In this document: positions 20,245 through 29,761 of the stretch, piece by piece
Position numbering within the stretch: position 1 is the first letter of the stretch
How the letters are laid out: each line of letters starts with the position of its first letter
Notes under the pieces: generated by a model
Told to the model about the DNA's origin: nothing
Database searches by the model: none
The model's input: the letters and a program-made list of their open reading frames with translations, nothing else
Source of the DNA: an uncultured Oscillospiraceae bacterium
GTDB taxonomy: Bacteria > Bacillota > Clostridia > Christensenellales > Aristaeellaceae
NCBI GenBank assembly: GCA_964544955.1
Contig: CAZJEB010000007.1
Coordinates: forward strand, 2,647-66,646
Direction of reading: 5' to 3'
DNA: 64,000 bases
Made by a program: the position numbers and the translations under genes

Positions 20245-22083
20245 ATGTCGCAAAAAATACAGCTGCTAAAACAAGTATATGGATATAGCAGTTTTAGAGA
20301 GGGTCAAGGCGATCTAATTGATTCATTGATAAACGGTCGTGACACCTTGGGTATAATGCCAACTGGCGGAGGTAAATCCCTTTGTTTTCAATTACCTGCA
20401 ATGATGAAAGATGGAATTACTTTAGTTATATCCCCCCTTATAAGTTTAATGAGTGATCAGGTAAATGCATTACTTCAACTAGATATACCTGCAGCTTACT
20501 TAAACAGTAGTTTAACACCGGCTCAAATAAAAAAAGCCACACAATTTGCATGTGAGGGTAAATATAAGATAATATATCTTGCTCCTGAAAGATTAGATTC
20601 TTTAGATTTTGTGAATTTTGCACAAAGTAGCAACATAAGCATGATTGTTGTAGACGAAGCACATTGTGTATCACATTGGGGGCATGATTTTAGACCTTCA
20701 TATTTAAAAATAAAAGAATTTGTTGACTCACTGCCAACAAAGCCTGTTGTTGGCGCTTTTACAGCAACAGCAACCGAAGAAGTTAGAAATGATATAGTTG
20801 AATTATTAGGCCTTAAATCACCATATATATTAATAACAGGTTTTGATAGGCCAAATTTATATTATGAAGTTGAGGCAACAACAGCTAAAGAAAAAAACGC
20901 CAGAGTTTTAGAACTTTTAACTGAAATGCCTGGACAAAGCGGAATAATATACTGCTCTACAAGAAAGCACGTTGAAACACTTTGTTTTGAGTTGAACCGC
21001 TGCGGACACAAAGCCACTAGGTATCATGCTGGACTAAGTGATGTAGAAAGAGAAGCAAATCAAAAATCCTTTTTATATGACGAATGCAATATAATGGTTG
21101 CAACTAATGCCTTTGGCATGGGCATAGACAAATCTAATGTAAATTTTGTAATACATTATGATTTACCTAAGGATCTTGAAAGTTATTATCAAGAGGCTGG
21201 TAGAGCTGGGCGAGACGGTTCAAAAGCAAGATGTATATTATTTTATAGTAAACAAGATATAAAAATTATGGAATTTTTGATTGATAAATCAAATGAATTA
21301 GAAAATATTGACGAAGAAACTAAAAACCTTTTAAACAATAATGCTCATGATAGATTAAACATTATGGTAAAATATTGTAACCAGCCTGGCTGTTTACGCA
21401 ATTATATATTAAACTACTTCAACCAAAAATCATCAAATAGATGTGGGAATTGTGGTAATTGCTTAAACGATAAAACGCCAAAAGATGTTAAAAATATTGC
21501 TTACAATATATTACAAAGCATAATATCTTTACCTGTTAACTATGGAGTTAATACAATAATCGAGTTTTTAATGGGAGTATCTAACACTAAATCAAAAAGC
21601 AGAAACCTCCATAATATGCAAGGCTTTGGTATATGTGCTAACTATAGCAAAGAAGAGCTAAATGCCATAATATCAAATTTAATTTTTGATAACTATATTT
21701 CTGAAAGCAATGATAGATACAGAGTTTTATCGGCAGGGCCAAACTTTGATAGCTTTTTTAATTTAGATTATTATGATGTAGTTATGCCTATAGTTAAAGA
21801 ATCAAAAACCAAAAGGAAAAAAGCCATTTTTGATGCTAATAGCACAGTAGACAAATCACTATTAAAGCTTCTTATAGATTTACGGCAAGAGTTGGCTTTA
21901 AAACAAGGAGTTCCCCCCTTTGTAATATTCTCAAACCATACACTGCAAGATATGGCATTAAAAAAGCCCAAAACCAGCGACGAATTTTTAAACGTAAGTG
22001 GTGTTGGGCAATATAAATTAACTTTATACGGCTTCCCTTTTATTAGCGTAATTAAGGATTATGATGGAGATTTTTTAAGATAA
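20245..22083 (+). CDS. recQ: ATP-dependent DNA helicase RecQ
   Basis: Motifs MPTGGGKSL and VVDEAHCVSHWGHDFRP, a Cys cluster CGNCGNC, and a C-terminal HRDC-like region. True start is ATG 20245 after GGAGG. Confidence 0.92.
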   Translation: MSQKIQLLKQVYGYSSFREGQGDLIDSLINGRDTLGIMPTGGGKSLCFQLPAMMKDGITLVISPLISLMSDQVNALLQLDIPAAYLNSSLTPAQIKKATQFACEGKYKIIYLAPERLDSLDFVNFAQSSNISMIVVDEAHCVSHWGHDFRPSYLKIKEFVDSLPTKPVVGAFTATATEEVRNDIVELLGLKSPYILITGFDRPNLYYEVEATTAKEKNARVLELLTEMPGQSGIIYCSTRKHVETLCFELNRCGHKATRYHAGLSDVEREANQKSFLYDECNIMVATNAFGMGIDKSNVNFVIHYDLPKDLESYYQEAGRAGRDGSKARCILFYSKQDIKIMEFLIDKSNELENIDEETKNLLNNNAHDRLNIMVKYCNQPGCLRNYILNYFNQKSSNRCGNCGNCLNDKTPKDVKNIAYNILQSIISLPVNYGVNTIIEFLMGVSNTKSKSRNLHNMQGFGICANYSKEELNAIISNLIFDNYISESNDRYRVLSAGPNFDSFFNLDYYDVVMPIVKESKTKRKKAIFDANSTVDKSLLKLLIDLRQELALKQGVPPFVIFSNHTLQDMALKKPKTSDEFLNVSGVGQYKLTLYGFPFISVIKDYDGDFLR

Positions 22084-25000
22084 TAGAGCCATCAATTCTT
22101 CCTTGTTTAGTTTTGAAAGCATAAGTTCTGAATTATCCAATATATCATCAGCAACTGCTGCTTTTTGATTTTGCAACCTAAGTATTTCTTCCTCAATAGT
22201 GCCTTTCATTATTAAACGATATACCTGTACAGCTCGTTTTTGCCCTATTCTATATGCCCTATCCGTTGCTTGGTTTTGTGCACTTAAATTCCACCACGGA
22301 TCATAGTGTATAACAGTATCTGCTCCAGTTAGGTTAAGCCCTGTGCCCCCCGCTTTAAGGGATATAAGCATTATTGGTATGTTTGAATTGTTAAATTTCT
22401 GAACAATACTTAAACGCTTGTTTGCAGGAGTGCTACCCACAATAGTTAAATATTCTATACCCATACTATTAAGTATGTTTGCAAAGATATCTATCATAGA
22501 TGTGAAGTTTGAAAACAGTAAAATTCTATGACCAGATTCTATACTACTTTGTATTATATCCATACAAAGTAGTTTTTTTGCACTTTCAATGTTATAGTAA
22601 GCCTCTGTATTTAAAAGTTTAGGGTCACAGCAAATTTGCCTTAACCGTGTAAGTAAGGCTAACATTTGTATTGTTGTAGCATTTTGATCCTTACTAAGAG
22701 CATCAAACTTTTTACGTGCATTTGATAAAAAGGCATCATAAAGCTTGCGTTGAGGCGCATCCATGTTTGCATATAAAACAGATTCCGTTTTTTCTGGAAG
22801 CTCTTTCAATACATCTTTCTTTACACGCCTTAAAACAAAAGGCGCTATTATATTCTTTAGTTGGTTAGAAGCTGCAATATCATTTTCTAACACAATTTTT
22901 GATTCAAAGCGTTTTTTAAAACTAGCATAGTTGTAAAGATACCCTGGCATCAAAAAATCAAATATACTCCAAAGCTCAGAAAGATAGTTTTCAATTGGTG
23001 TACCAGTTAAAGCAATTTTTGATTTTGCCCTTAGAGCTTTAACGCTTCTAGCATTTTGGGTTGTATGGTTTTTCATATACTGTGCCTCATCAGCAATAAT
23101 ATAATCAAACTGTACTTTAAGGTATGATTTAATATCACGTTTAATTAAATCATAAGATGTAACAACAAGGTCATAATTATTTATATTAACAATTAATTCT
23201 TGCCTTATAGCTGCATTACCAGTAATGGCTAAAACATTTAATTGTGGTGTAAACTTTCTAGCTTCCTCTACCCAGTTTAAAACAAGAGATGAAGGGCATA
23301 CAACTATGCTTAAAGGCTTTTTAGTTTTTAAGCCTTGGTTAAAATCTTCTTTTTCAGATAGAAGCACTGCCAAAACTTGAATTGTTTTACCCAAGCCCAT
23401 ATCATCCGCTAAAATTCCTCCAAACCCATGAGAGACAAGGGTTTTTAACCATCTGAATCCATTTTTTTGGTATGTTCTAAGGGTTTTATTTAAAGTTTGT
23501 GGAACTTCTAGTTCAGAATCAGAGATATTTCGCATATCCCTAACTATCTGCTTAAAATCCTTATCCCTTTCAAACCTTAATGATTTTGTTTGTTTAAGGG
23601 TTTCATCAATAAAAACAGACCTATAAACAGGCAACTCTATGCTTTTATTTTTAATATCGGCTGGGCTTATTCCAAGTTTATATGCAAAATCAGCAAACTC
23701 AACAATGGTACTCTCCTGTAAATCAACAAATGCCCCATTCGATAACTTGTGATATCTCTTTTTTAACAAAAATGATTTGTATATTGCTGCGAGCTCATCA
23801 ATATTATTGTATTCAGATTCTATATTTATATTTATTGAATCAAGGCTTATGCCAACATTAAGTTTTAGTTTATTATTTGTATGTATTTTTACAGTTTTAA
23901 ACTTTTCTGTAGTATATATAATTGCCATTTCATTTAAAATTGGCATGCCAATAGTTATTAACTCAAATTGTTTTTCCTCACTGCTTAACAATAGTAAGTT
24001 ATCTTTAGCTCTGGAAAAATCAAAATAATTTGCAATAATATTTTCTATTTTTACTTCTTCAATAAAATCCCTAGGCATAGAAAAATCTTTTTCTTTATTA
24101 GGATAAAAGCTATATTGCATGTTTTCATAAACATAGTTAATGTATAGACTAATGTTTCCATTATCCGTTTTGTCAAAATATAGTTCACATTTTAGTTCTG
24201 GTGCAGAATATTTTTTTAAGCTTTCATATTTATCAACATCCAAATAAATGTAATCTTTAAACCTAGGCATAACAATTGATAAGAATGTTCCAATATCACC
24301 TTTTGATATAATATTTTCATATGGATTGTTAAAAATTTCCGAAATAAAATTACTGCACCTGTTAGTAAAATCCTTATCGCAAAGCATATATTCATCATCT
24401 TTTAAAGAAATAAGCATTTTATTGCTACCAATAAAGTATTCCTTTATAAATGGTGGCATAATAGTATAATAATCATCATATTCCTGTACTTCTAAAACAA
24501 GCTTAGGGTTTTGAGGTATTATATAAATATTTTCTAAATTATTAGCTTTAACAATATATGTGCTACTTCCCTTTTGTGTTATTAAATCAAAAAAACTATC
24601 AAAAACATTTTGGCTTAAATTGAATGATCTATTATCATCATTTAAGGCATCCTTATTAACAAGCAACCAATTTATTAATTCAATGCTAAATTCATCAAAA
24701 GCATCTATATTATGAAAAAACTTTAAAGATTTTCCATACTCATAAAAGGCATTTTCTTTTAAAGCATCAAAAAATTCGCCAAGGTTTTTAATAACATATT
24801 GATGAGATGATTGGCTATGTATTTTAAATTTTAAGTTTATTGATTTATCATAAAGAGCTAGCTCCGGAACTAGGCTAATATTTAAACCAAAAGAGCTACT
24901 TGGTTTTTCATGCATAACCGACTGCTTAATATTATCTTGTATTAGTTTTTTAATATTAGGGCTTGTTATATTATCTTTTTTTAACTTACTAATATCATCT

Positions 25001-25329
25001 ACTATTGGCAAAACTTGCTTATATTCAATAACTTTTGAAACATAAATAATAGAAGCCAGCACATGTTTGCAGGCTCCTTTATAATTTTTAGCTGCAGGGC
25101 AATCACATTTAAAATTATATAGCATTTTTTTATCAAACGAAAAATTAATTACTGCATTATAATTTTCTCTATCACCAGTTACAACTGTTTGTAGGTTATA
25201 AATATTTGCTATTTTATTAAAATTGTTAGATACAACTTTTACATGGTTAGAGTCAGCAATTTCCAATGCTTTATTAAAAGCATCACCAGATATTGCTTTG
25301 CTTAATAGATAATCATTACTAAACGGCAT
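22075..25329 (-). CDS. SNF2-family helicase with N-terminal SWIM zinc finger
   Basis: SWIM CDCPAAKNYKGACKHVLA, SNF2_N LADDMGLGKT and ADEAQYMKN, helicase C QATDRAYRIGQ. AAAGGAG precedes the ATG. Confidence 0.9.
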   Translation of the reverse strand: MPFSNDYLLSKAISGDAFNKALEIADSNHVKVVSNNFNKIANIYNLQTVVTGDRENYNAVINFSFDKKMLYNFKCDCPAAKNYKGACKHVLASIIYVSKVIEYKQVLPIVDDISKLKKDNITSPNIKKLIQDNIKQSVMHEKPSSSFGLNISLVPELALYDKSINLKFKIHSQSSHQYVIKNLGEFFDALKENAFYEYGKSLKFFHNIDAFDEFSIELINWLLVNKDALNDDNRSFNLSQNVFDSFFDLITQKGSSTYIVKANNLENIYIIPQNPKLVLEVQEYDDYYTIMPPFIKEYFIGSNKMLISLKDDEYMLCDKDFTNRCSNFISEIFNNPYENIISKGDIGTFLSIVMPRFKDYIYLDVDKYESLKKYSAPELKCELYFDKTDNGNISLYINYVYENMQYSFYPNKEKDFSMPRDFIEEVKIENIIANYFDFSRAKDNLLLLSSEEKQFELITIGMPILNEMAIIYTTEKFKTVKIHTNNKLKLNVGISLDSININIESEYNNIDELAAIYKSFLLKKRYHKLSNGAFVDLQESTIVEFADFAYKLGISPADIKNKSIELPVYRSVFIDETLKQTKSLRFERDKDFKQIVRDMRNISDSELEVPQTLNKTLRTYQKNGFRWLKTLVSHGFGGILADDMGLGKTIQVLAVLLSEKEDFNQGLKTKKPLSIVVCPSSLVLNWVEEARKFTPQLNVLAITGNAAIRQELIVNINNYDLVVTSYDLIKRDIKSYLKVQFDYIIADEAQYMKNHTTQNARSVKALRAKSKIALTGTPIENYLSELWSIFDFLMPGYLYNYASFKKRFESKIVLENDIAASNQLKNIIAPFVLRRVKKDVLKELPEKTESVLYANMDAPQRKLYDAFLSNARKKFDALSKDQNATTIQMLALLTRLRQICCDPKLLNTEAYYNIESAKKLLCMDIIQSSIESGHRILLFSNFTSMIDIFANILNSMGIEYLTIVGSTPANKRLSIVQKFNNSNIPIMLISLKAGGTGLNLTGADTVIHYDPWWNLSAQNQATDRAYRIGQKRAVQVYRLIMKGTIEEEILRLQNQKAAVADDILDNSELMLSKLNKEELMALLS

Positions 25330-25360
25330 ATAAAACTCCTTTAAGTAGCTTAACCGTTCT

Positions 25361-25389
25361 ATTATAAAATTTTATATGTTATATTTCAA
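25361..25389 (-). promoter_or_regulatory. Near-consensus sigma-A promoter for the SNF2 helicase gene
   Basis: Minus strand: TTGAAA (rc of 25384-25389), 17-nt spacer, TATAAT (rc of 25361-25366), within the 65-bp gap after dnaA. Confidence 0.55.
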
Positions 25390-25394
25390 GTATA

Positions 25395-26717
25395 TTAGTT
25401 AATATTTATCATTTTTATTAAGTCCGTAATTTGCGCAGCAAAACGCGGGGAATTTTTTACTGCTTCAGATACTTTGTTGCATGCATGGGATACGGTAGAA
25501 TGATCCCTATTCCCAAAATTTAAACCTATCCTTGGGAATGACATACACAACAATTCACGAGTTAAGTACATTGCAATTTGCCTTGGTTCTGTAACATCCC
25601 TTGAGCGCCTTGGGCTTTTTAAATCATCAACACTAATGCCAAAATAGCTACTTACAATTGTTTGAATTCTATCACAACTTGCTTGTACTTCGGGTTTACG
25701 GCTAAATGTATCCCTAAGCGCTTCTTTAGCAAGGTTTATATCTATAGGTCTATTTTTTAGTGATGAAAAAGCATGCAGCTTAGTTAAGGATCCTTCAAGT
25801 TCTCTAATGTTTGAATCAACTCTTTCAGCAATTAAAGTATATACATCATCATCAGCTACTAAACCCATAAGTTCAGCTTTTTTTCTTAATATTGCTATTC
25901 TTGTTTCAATATCCGGGCTTTGTATATCTGCTATAAGCCCCCATTGGAATCTACTTTCTAAGCGTTTTTCCAAATGGGAAATTTCACTTGGTGCTTTATC
26001 AGACGTCATTATTATCTGTTTACCCATTTCGTGTAGTGCATTAAAGGTATGGAAAAACTCCTCTTGCGTGCTAGTTTTTCCAGCTATAAAGTGAATATCA
26101 TCAACCATCAATATATCTAAATTTCTATAACTATTTCTAAAGTGTTGATTATTATCTTTAACACGCATGGAGTGAATAAGCTCATTCATGAAAGTTTCAC
26201 CAGTAACATATTTAACATTTAGTTCTGGTTTTGTTTCATGTACATAGTTGCCAACAGCATGTAGAAGGTGAGTTTTTCCAAGCCCAACCCCACCATGGAT
26301 GAATAATGGATTATAAGCAACAGCTGGCATTTCAGCAACAGCTAAAGCTACAGTATAAACAAACCTGTTATTACTACCAACAACAAAGTTTTCAAATGTA
26401 TAGCGTTTATTAAGATTTTTTGAACCCTTATCATTTTTCTCTTTTTCTTCTTTAATGCTATCCAGCTTACCAGAGGGATATATTTCTACACCTTTTATGC
26501 TACTATCAGTTCTTTGAACTGCATTTTCTATCTGTTGCAAGTATCTATTATTAAATATAGCTAAAAAGTCTTCATTTATTAACTCTAAATAAAGCTTATT
26601 ATTTAAAATAATATGTGGCTTTATTAAGGATACAATAAAGGTTTCATATGATACTGAGTTCATTTCTCTTTTTAAAATAATACACGCATTTTCCCAAAGT
26701 TGTTTAATATCTGACAA
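25395..26717 (-). CDS. dnaA: Chromosomal replication initiator DnaA (TTG start)
   Basis: Walker A GGVGLGKTHLL, DDIHFIAGK, domain IV PRQIAMYLTREL...RDHSTVSHA. The start codon is TTG, 8 nt after AAGGGGAAG. Confidence 0.95.
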   Translation of the reverse strand: MSDIKQLWENACIILKREMNSVSYETFIVSLIKPHIILNNKLYLELINEDFLAIFNNRYLQQIENAVQRTDSSIKGVEIYPSGKLDSIKEEKEKNDKGSKNLNKRYTFENFVVGSNNRFVYTVALAVAEMPAVAYNPLFIHGGVGLGKTHLLHAVGNYVHETKPELNVKYVTGETFMNELIHSMRVKDNNQHFRNSYRNLDILMVDDIHFIAGKTSTQEEFFHTFNALHEMGKQIIMTSDKAPSEISHLEKRLESRFQWGLIADIQSPDIETRIAILRKKAELMGLVADDDVYTLIAERVDSNIRELEGSLTKLHAFSSLKNRPIDINLAKEALRDTFSRKPEVQASCDRIQTIVSSYFGISVDDLKSPRRSRDVTEPRQIAMYLTRELLCMSFPRIGLNFGNRDHSTVSHACNKVSEAVKNSPRFAAQITDLIKMININ

Positions 26718-26852
26718 AATTATTACTTCCCCTTGACAATATATAATTTCATAAAATATGTATAATTATTAATTAAAAATTCATAATAAAATTAATTTTT
26801 CATATGGTTTATTTATACAAATTTTATATTTTTAACTCATTCTTAATAAATA

Positions 26853-26879
26853 TGTGGATAACTATAAAACTTATCCACA
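26853..26879. promoter_or_regulatory. Two perfect, inverted DnaA boxes
   Basis: TGTGGATAA (26853-26861) and TTATCCACA (26871-26879) with 9 bp between them, just downstream of the predicted dnaA promoter. Confidence 0.85.
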
Positions 26880-26889
26880 AGCATATTGT

Positions 26890-26918
26890 ATATTAGCATT
26901 TATTTAAGCAAATTTCAA
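26890..26918 (-). promoter_or_regulatory. Candidate dnaA promoter
   Basis: Minus strand: TTGAAA (rc of 26913-26918), 17-nt spacer, TAATAT (rc of 26890-26895). The DnaA boxes begin about 10 nt downstream. Confidence 0.45.
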
Positions 26919-27112
26919 GCATATTATACAAAAACCCATTATTGAATATTATCATTTTAGTTTTTTATAAAAGCACCAATTGTTGTATATGCCATTAATA
27001 AAAAGCACAATACTCTTTATATTTATACTTTTTAATTGTATTATTATTCATTTTATAATAATTATGTAAAAAATATTTTCTTGACACAGTAGCAATAAAA
27101 ACTAAACTATTA

Positions 27113-27149
<37 letters not shown>

Positions 27150-27165
27150 GGAGATATATAGTGCA

Positions 27166-27645
27166 ATGAACAAATTTATTAGCAACCAAGAAATAAGAAT
27201 TAGCCTTATACCCTGGTTAGGAAGTACTATAATAACAAAAAGTTTTATTTCCGAAAAATTAAGCACAATCCTTAACAATTTTAATACAGAAAAGCAAGGT
27301 TTTAATTACTTATACGATAAAATTTACAGCAACCTAAAAGCAACAATAACAAACTATTCAAATAATAATATTATATTGTTAGATAATAACACATCTATAA
27401 AGTGTACTGAAACCGACATTCAGGATATGGCCGATGATATAATAGGCTTATTTTTTAGCGCTTTAGAGGTTAACAGTATAAACTTTACTAAAATAAACCA
27501 ATATGCAATGAACAAAAATAGTTTAACAGCATTAAAATGTTTATATTTGAACTTTAATAACTTCTATAATGTTGATGAAAAAGGCAAAATAAAAAGGCTT
27601 ATAGAAAGCCTTTATCCAAAACACTGTTACAGCGATTGGTTATAA
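27166..27645 (+). CDS. Hypothetical protein (159 aa), no recognisable family
   Basis: Open frame only, with a weak GGAG 12 nt upstream and Asn-rich composition. Confidence 0.4.
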   Translation: MNKFISNQEIRISLIPWLGSTIITKSFISEKLSTILNNFNTEKQGFNYLYDKIYSNLKATITNYSNNNIILLDNNTSIKCTETDIQDMADDIIGLFFSALEVNSINFTKINQYAMNKNSLTALKCLYLNFNNFYNVDEKGKIKRLIESLYPKHCYSDWL

Positions 27646-28380
27646 TAATAGCGCCTTAACCTCATTAATAATGTTTTTTGCTAAATTTTCCCATTGGTAA
27701 ACAAATATATCCACCATTTGAATTGTTGGTAAAAGAATTTTTACTTTCCATCTTTCATTTTTTAAATTAAACTTTGCTACTACAAAGTTTTGTGTTTTGT
27801 GTTTGTTTTCTATTTTAACACTATATGTAGCGCTATCATCCATATCATTAAATTTATCATTATTGTTTATGCCTATGGATAAAAATAAACTATATATAGC
27901 TTCAGCATTCTTTGAAAAACTTTTACCAATATCATAAGGAGTTAACTCCCTTTGGCATGTATACTCAAGTTCCATTTGAGGTATATTATATTGTTGCAAA
28001 TACATGTTTATTTGAGTTTCAAGGTCATTTATATAACTAAACCAAACAGCATAATTTCTATTACTCAAAATATCAGCCCTATATGTTGGTGCATTTAGCC
28101 CAAGTTTTGTTCTAATACTATTTGGTATTCTATTTTCAAACAAATTAAGGCTTTCCCATCCTTTTTGAGTTAGGCTATAAAAATAATCATCCTTTTTAAT
28201 TTCACCTGTTTTAATTAATTCATCTATTGATAAAGCAATTGGTATATATGAGGCAAGGCCTTCATTTTGAACAATTTGATTTAATTCCTTTTGAGATATT
28301 TCCCCCACTACATCCAAAATATACATAACCAAAAGTTTGTAATCAATATCTGTACGTTTTTGAAATAATTCATTTTTCAT
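27640..28380 (-). CDS. DUF4364-family protein (PadR-like winged-helix N-terminus)
   Basis: N-terminal YKLLVMYILDVVGEISQKELNQIV...YFYSLTQKGWESL resembles the clostridial DUF4364 family, recognised by eye. Confidence 0.55.
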   Translation of the reverse strand: MKNELFQKRTDIDYKLLVMYILDVVGEISQKELNQIVQNEGLASYIPIALSIDELIKTGEIKKDDYFYSLTQKGWESLNLFENRIPNSIRTKLGLNAPTYRADILSNRNYAVWFSYINDLETQINMYLQQYNIPQMELEYTCQRELTPYDIGKSFSKNAEAIYSLFLSIGINNNDKFNDMDDSATYSVKIENKHKTQNFVVAKFNLKNERWKVKILLPTIQMVDIFVYQWENLAKNIINEVKALLL

Positions 28381-28397
28381 AATATCACCGTTTGTAT

Positions 28398-28421
28398 TAA
28401 AAAAGGAGGCTTTAGCCCCCT
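28398..28421 (-). terminator. Intrinsic terminator after the HPr-like gene
   Basis: Minus-strand AGGGGGC-UAAA-GCCUCCU followed by a U6 run. Confidence 0.65.
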
Positions 28422-28440
28422 AATTTAAATTTAATAAAAA

Positions 28441-28668
28441 TTAAGCCATGAATGGTTTGATTTCTTCAAGAAGATCATCACAATTATCTGCATAAATTTC
28501 AAGAGCAATTGGTTTGCTTAAATCTAAGCTAAATATACCAAGGATTGATTTAGCATCAACAACGTGACGGCCTGAACGAAGATCTATATCATAAGAATAA
28601 CGAGTTACAATGTTAACGAATGACTTAACGTTTTCTGCTAGGCTAAGTTTAATTTCTACTGATTTCAT
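28441..28668 (-). CDS. HPr-fold protein lacking the His15 phosphorylation site
   Basis: VVDAKSILGIFSLDL matches the HPr Ser46 region (KS.MG.MSLG). LEIYADNCDD matches ITIxAxGxDE. No His is present at the GIHARPA position. Confidence 0.65.
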   Translation of the reverse strand: MKSVEIKLSLAENVKSFVNIVTRYSYDIDLRSGRHVVDAKSILGIFSLDLSKPIALEIYADNCDDLLEEIKPFMA

Positions 28669-28776
28669 TTAAAAAACCTCCATATATTTATTACAAATAT
28701 ATTTTAACACAAGCACTTAACATTTGCAATCTTAGCAAATATTTTTTGCACATTGCACAAATTTTATAGCCTTGTA

Positions 28777-29643
28777 TTAGTTGTATTTAAGCACAATTTC
28801 ATGAACTTGTGGAAATACCATCCATCTAAAGGGAGGATTCTTTGCCCCAATACCATTAGATACTAGAATTTTTACTCTACTTTGCTCATTCCAACCTGTA
28901 TAGTATATTGGTACATTTGTAGGATCAAAGGCCGTTTTTATATCCTGTAAAAAAGCAAATTGACCACCTAACGTGCCACCAAACATAGCAACATCAACAA
29001 ATTGAGCAACGGCTTGATCTCCACTTGGTAAAACAATATCATCTATACCTTTGGGTGAATGCCCTGCAAATATAACAAATTCATTTTCAGCATAACCGCT
29101 ATTAGGTTTAATAGTAAGTGGTTTTCCTTTAACATAATCGTCTATTCCATAAATCTTAATATATCCATCATCAATTTTTATTGTTTTATATTCATTAACA
29201 AGCAAGTTAATATTTCTATCAGCCATTGCCATCTTTAAGTCATAAAATCTAGAATTTTTATCTTCCCTATCATTTTCGCCTAAAACAGCAACCACGCCTA
29301 ATCTAGCATGAATGTTAGGGATGTTTTTAAAAAATTCTATAGATTTTTTATGATCAGTACCATAGTTGCCTCCAAGAATAACAACATCTGCGCTCAATTG
29401 GTTAATTTTTGATATTACACTATATAAATGCACCATATTGACGCCACTATAATTAAAATCACTTACATAACAAACTTTTATGTTATGAAAACTTCTTGGC
29501 AAATCATAGGAGCTTAATGTAACCTTATCTACCAAAACTGTAAATGTAGAAACAAGTATAGATACAACTAAAAGCACTATAACTACAAGTATTATAATAA
29601 TATTGCGCTTAAAATTTGTTATTCCAGAATTATACCTTGACAT
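28777..29643 (-). CDS. Membrane-anchored metallophosphoesterase-fold protein with degenerate metal-binding motifs
   Basis: N-terminal TM helix. The motif order resembles the calcineurin-like family but reads VSDFNYS / ILGGNYGTD / LGENDRE / FAGHSP. Confidence 0.6.
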   Translation of the reverse strand: MSRYNSGITNFKRNIIIILVVIVLLVVSILVSTFTVLVDKVTLSSYDLPRSFHNIKVCYVSDFNYSGVNMVHLYSVISKINQLSADVVILGGNYGTDHKKSIEFFKNIPNIHARLGVVAVLGENDREDKNSRFYDLKMAMADRNINLLVNEYKTIKIDDGYIKIYGIDDYVKGKPLTIKPNSGYAENEFVIFAGHSPKGIDDIVLPSGDQAVAQFVDVAMFGGTLGGQFAFLQDIKTAFDPTNVPIYYTGWNEQSRVKILVSNGIGAKNPPFRWMVFPQVHEIVLKYN

Positions 29644-29728
29644 TAAGCCCTCCAGATATCTAAAGTAAAATTTACAACATTAATTAATTATCAATATTGC
29701 ACATTATACCACAAAAAAGCTAAAAATT

Positions 29729-29758
29729 AAAAATAGCCGTTTTTATTCGGCTATTTTT
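29729..29758 (-). terminator. Intrinsic terminator after clpB
   Basis: AAAAATAGCCG...CGGCTATTTTT hairpin 4 nt after the clpB stop. Confidence 0.75.
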
Positions 29759-29761
29759 GTT

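Noticed and set aside
20245-25329. RecQ plus SWIM-SNF2 helicase as a possible phage-defence island
   Set aside because: There are no partner genes (methylase, nuclease, PLD, ATPase or other defence-associated modules), no mobility genes and no compositional break. Both look like ordinary chromosomal repair or remodelling helicases.
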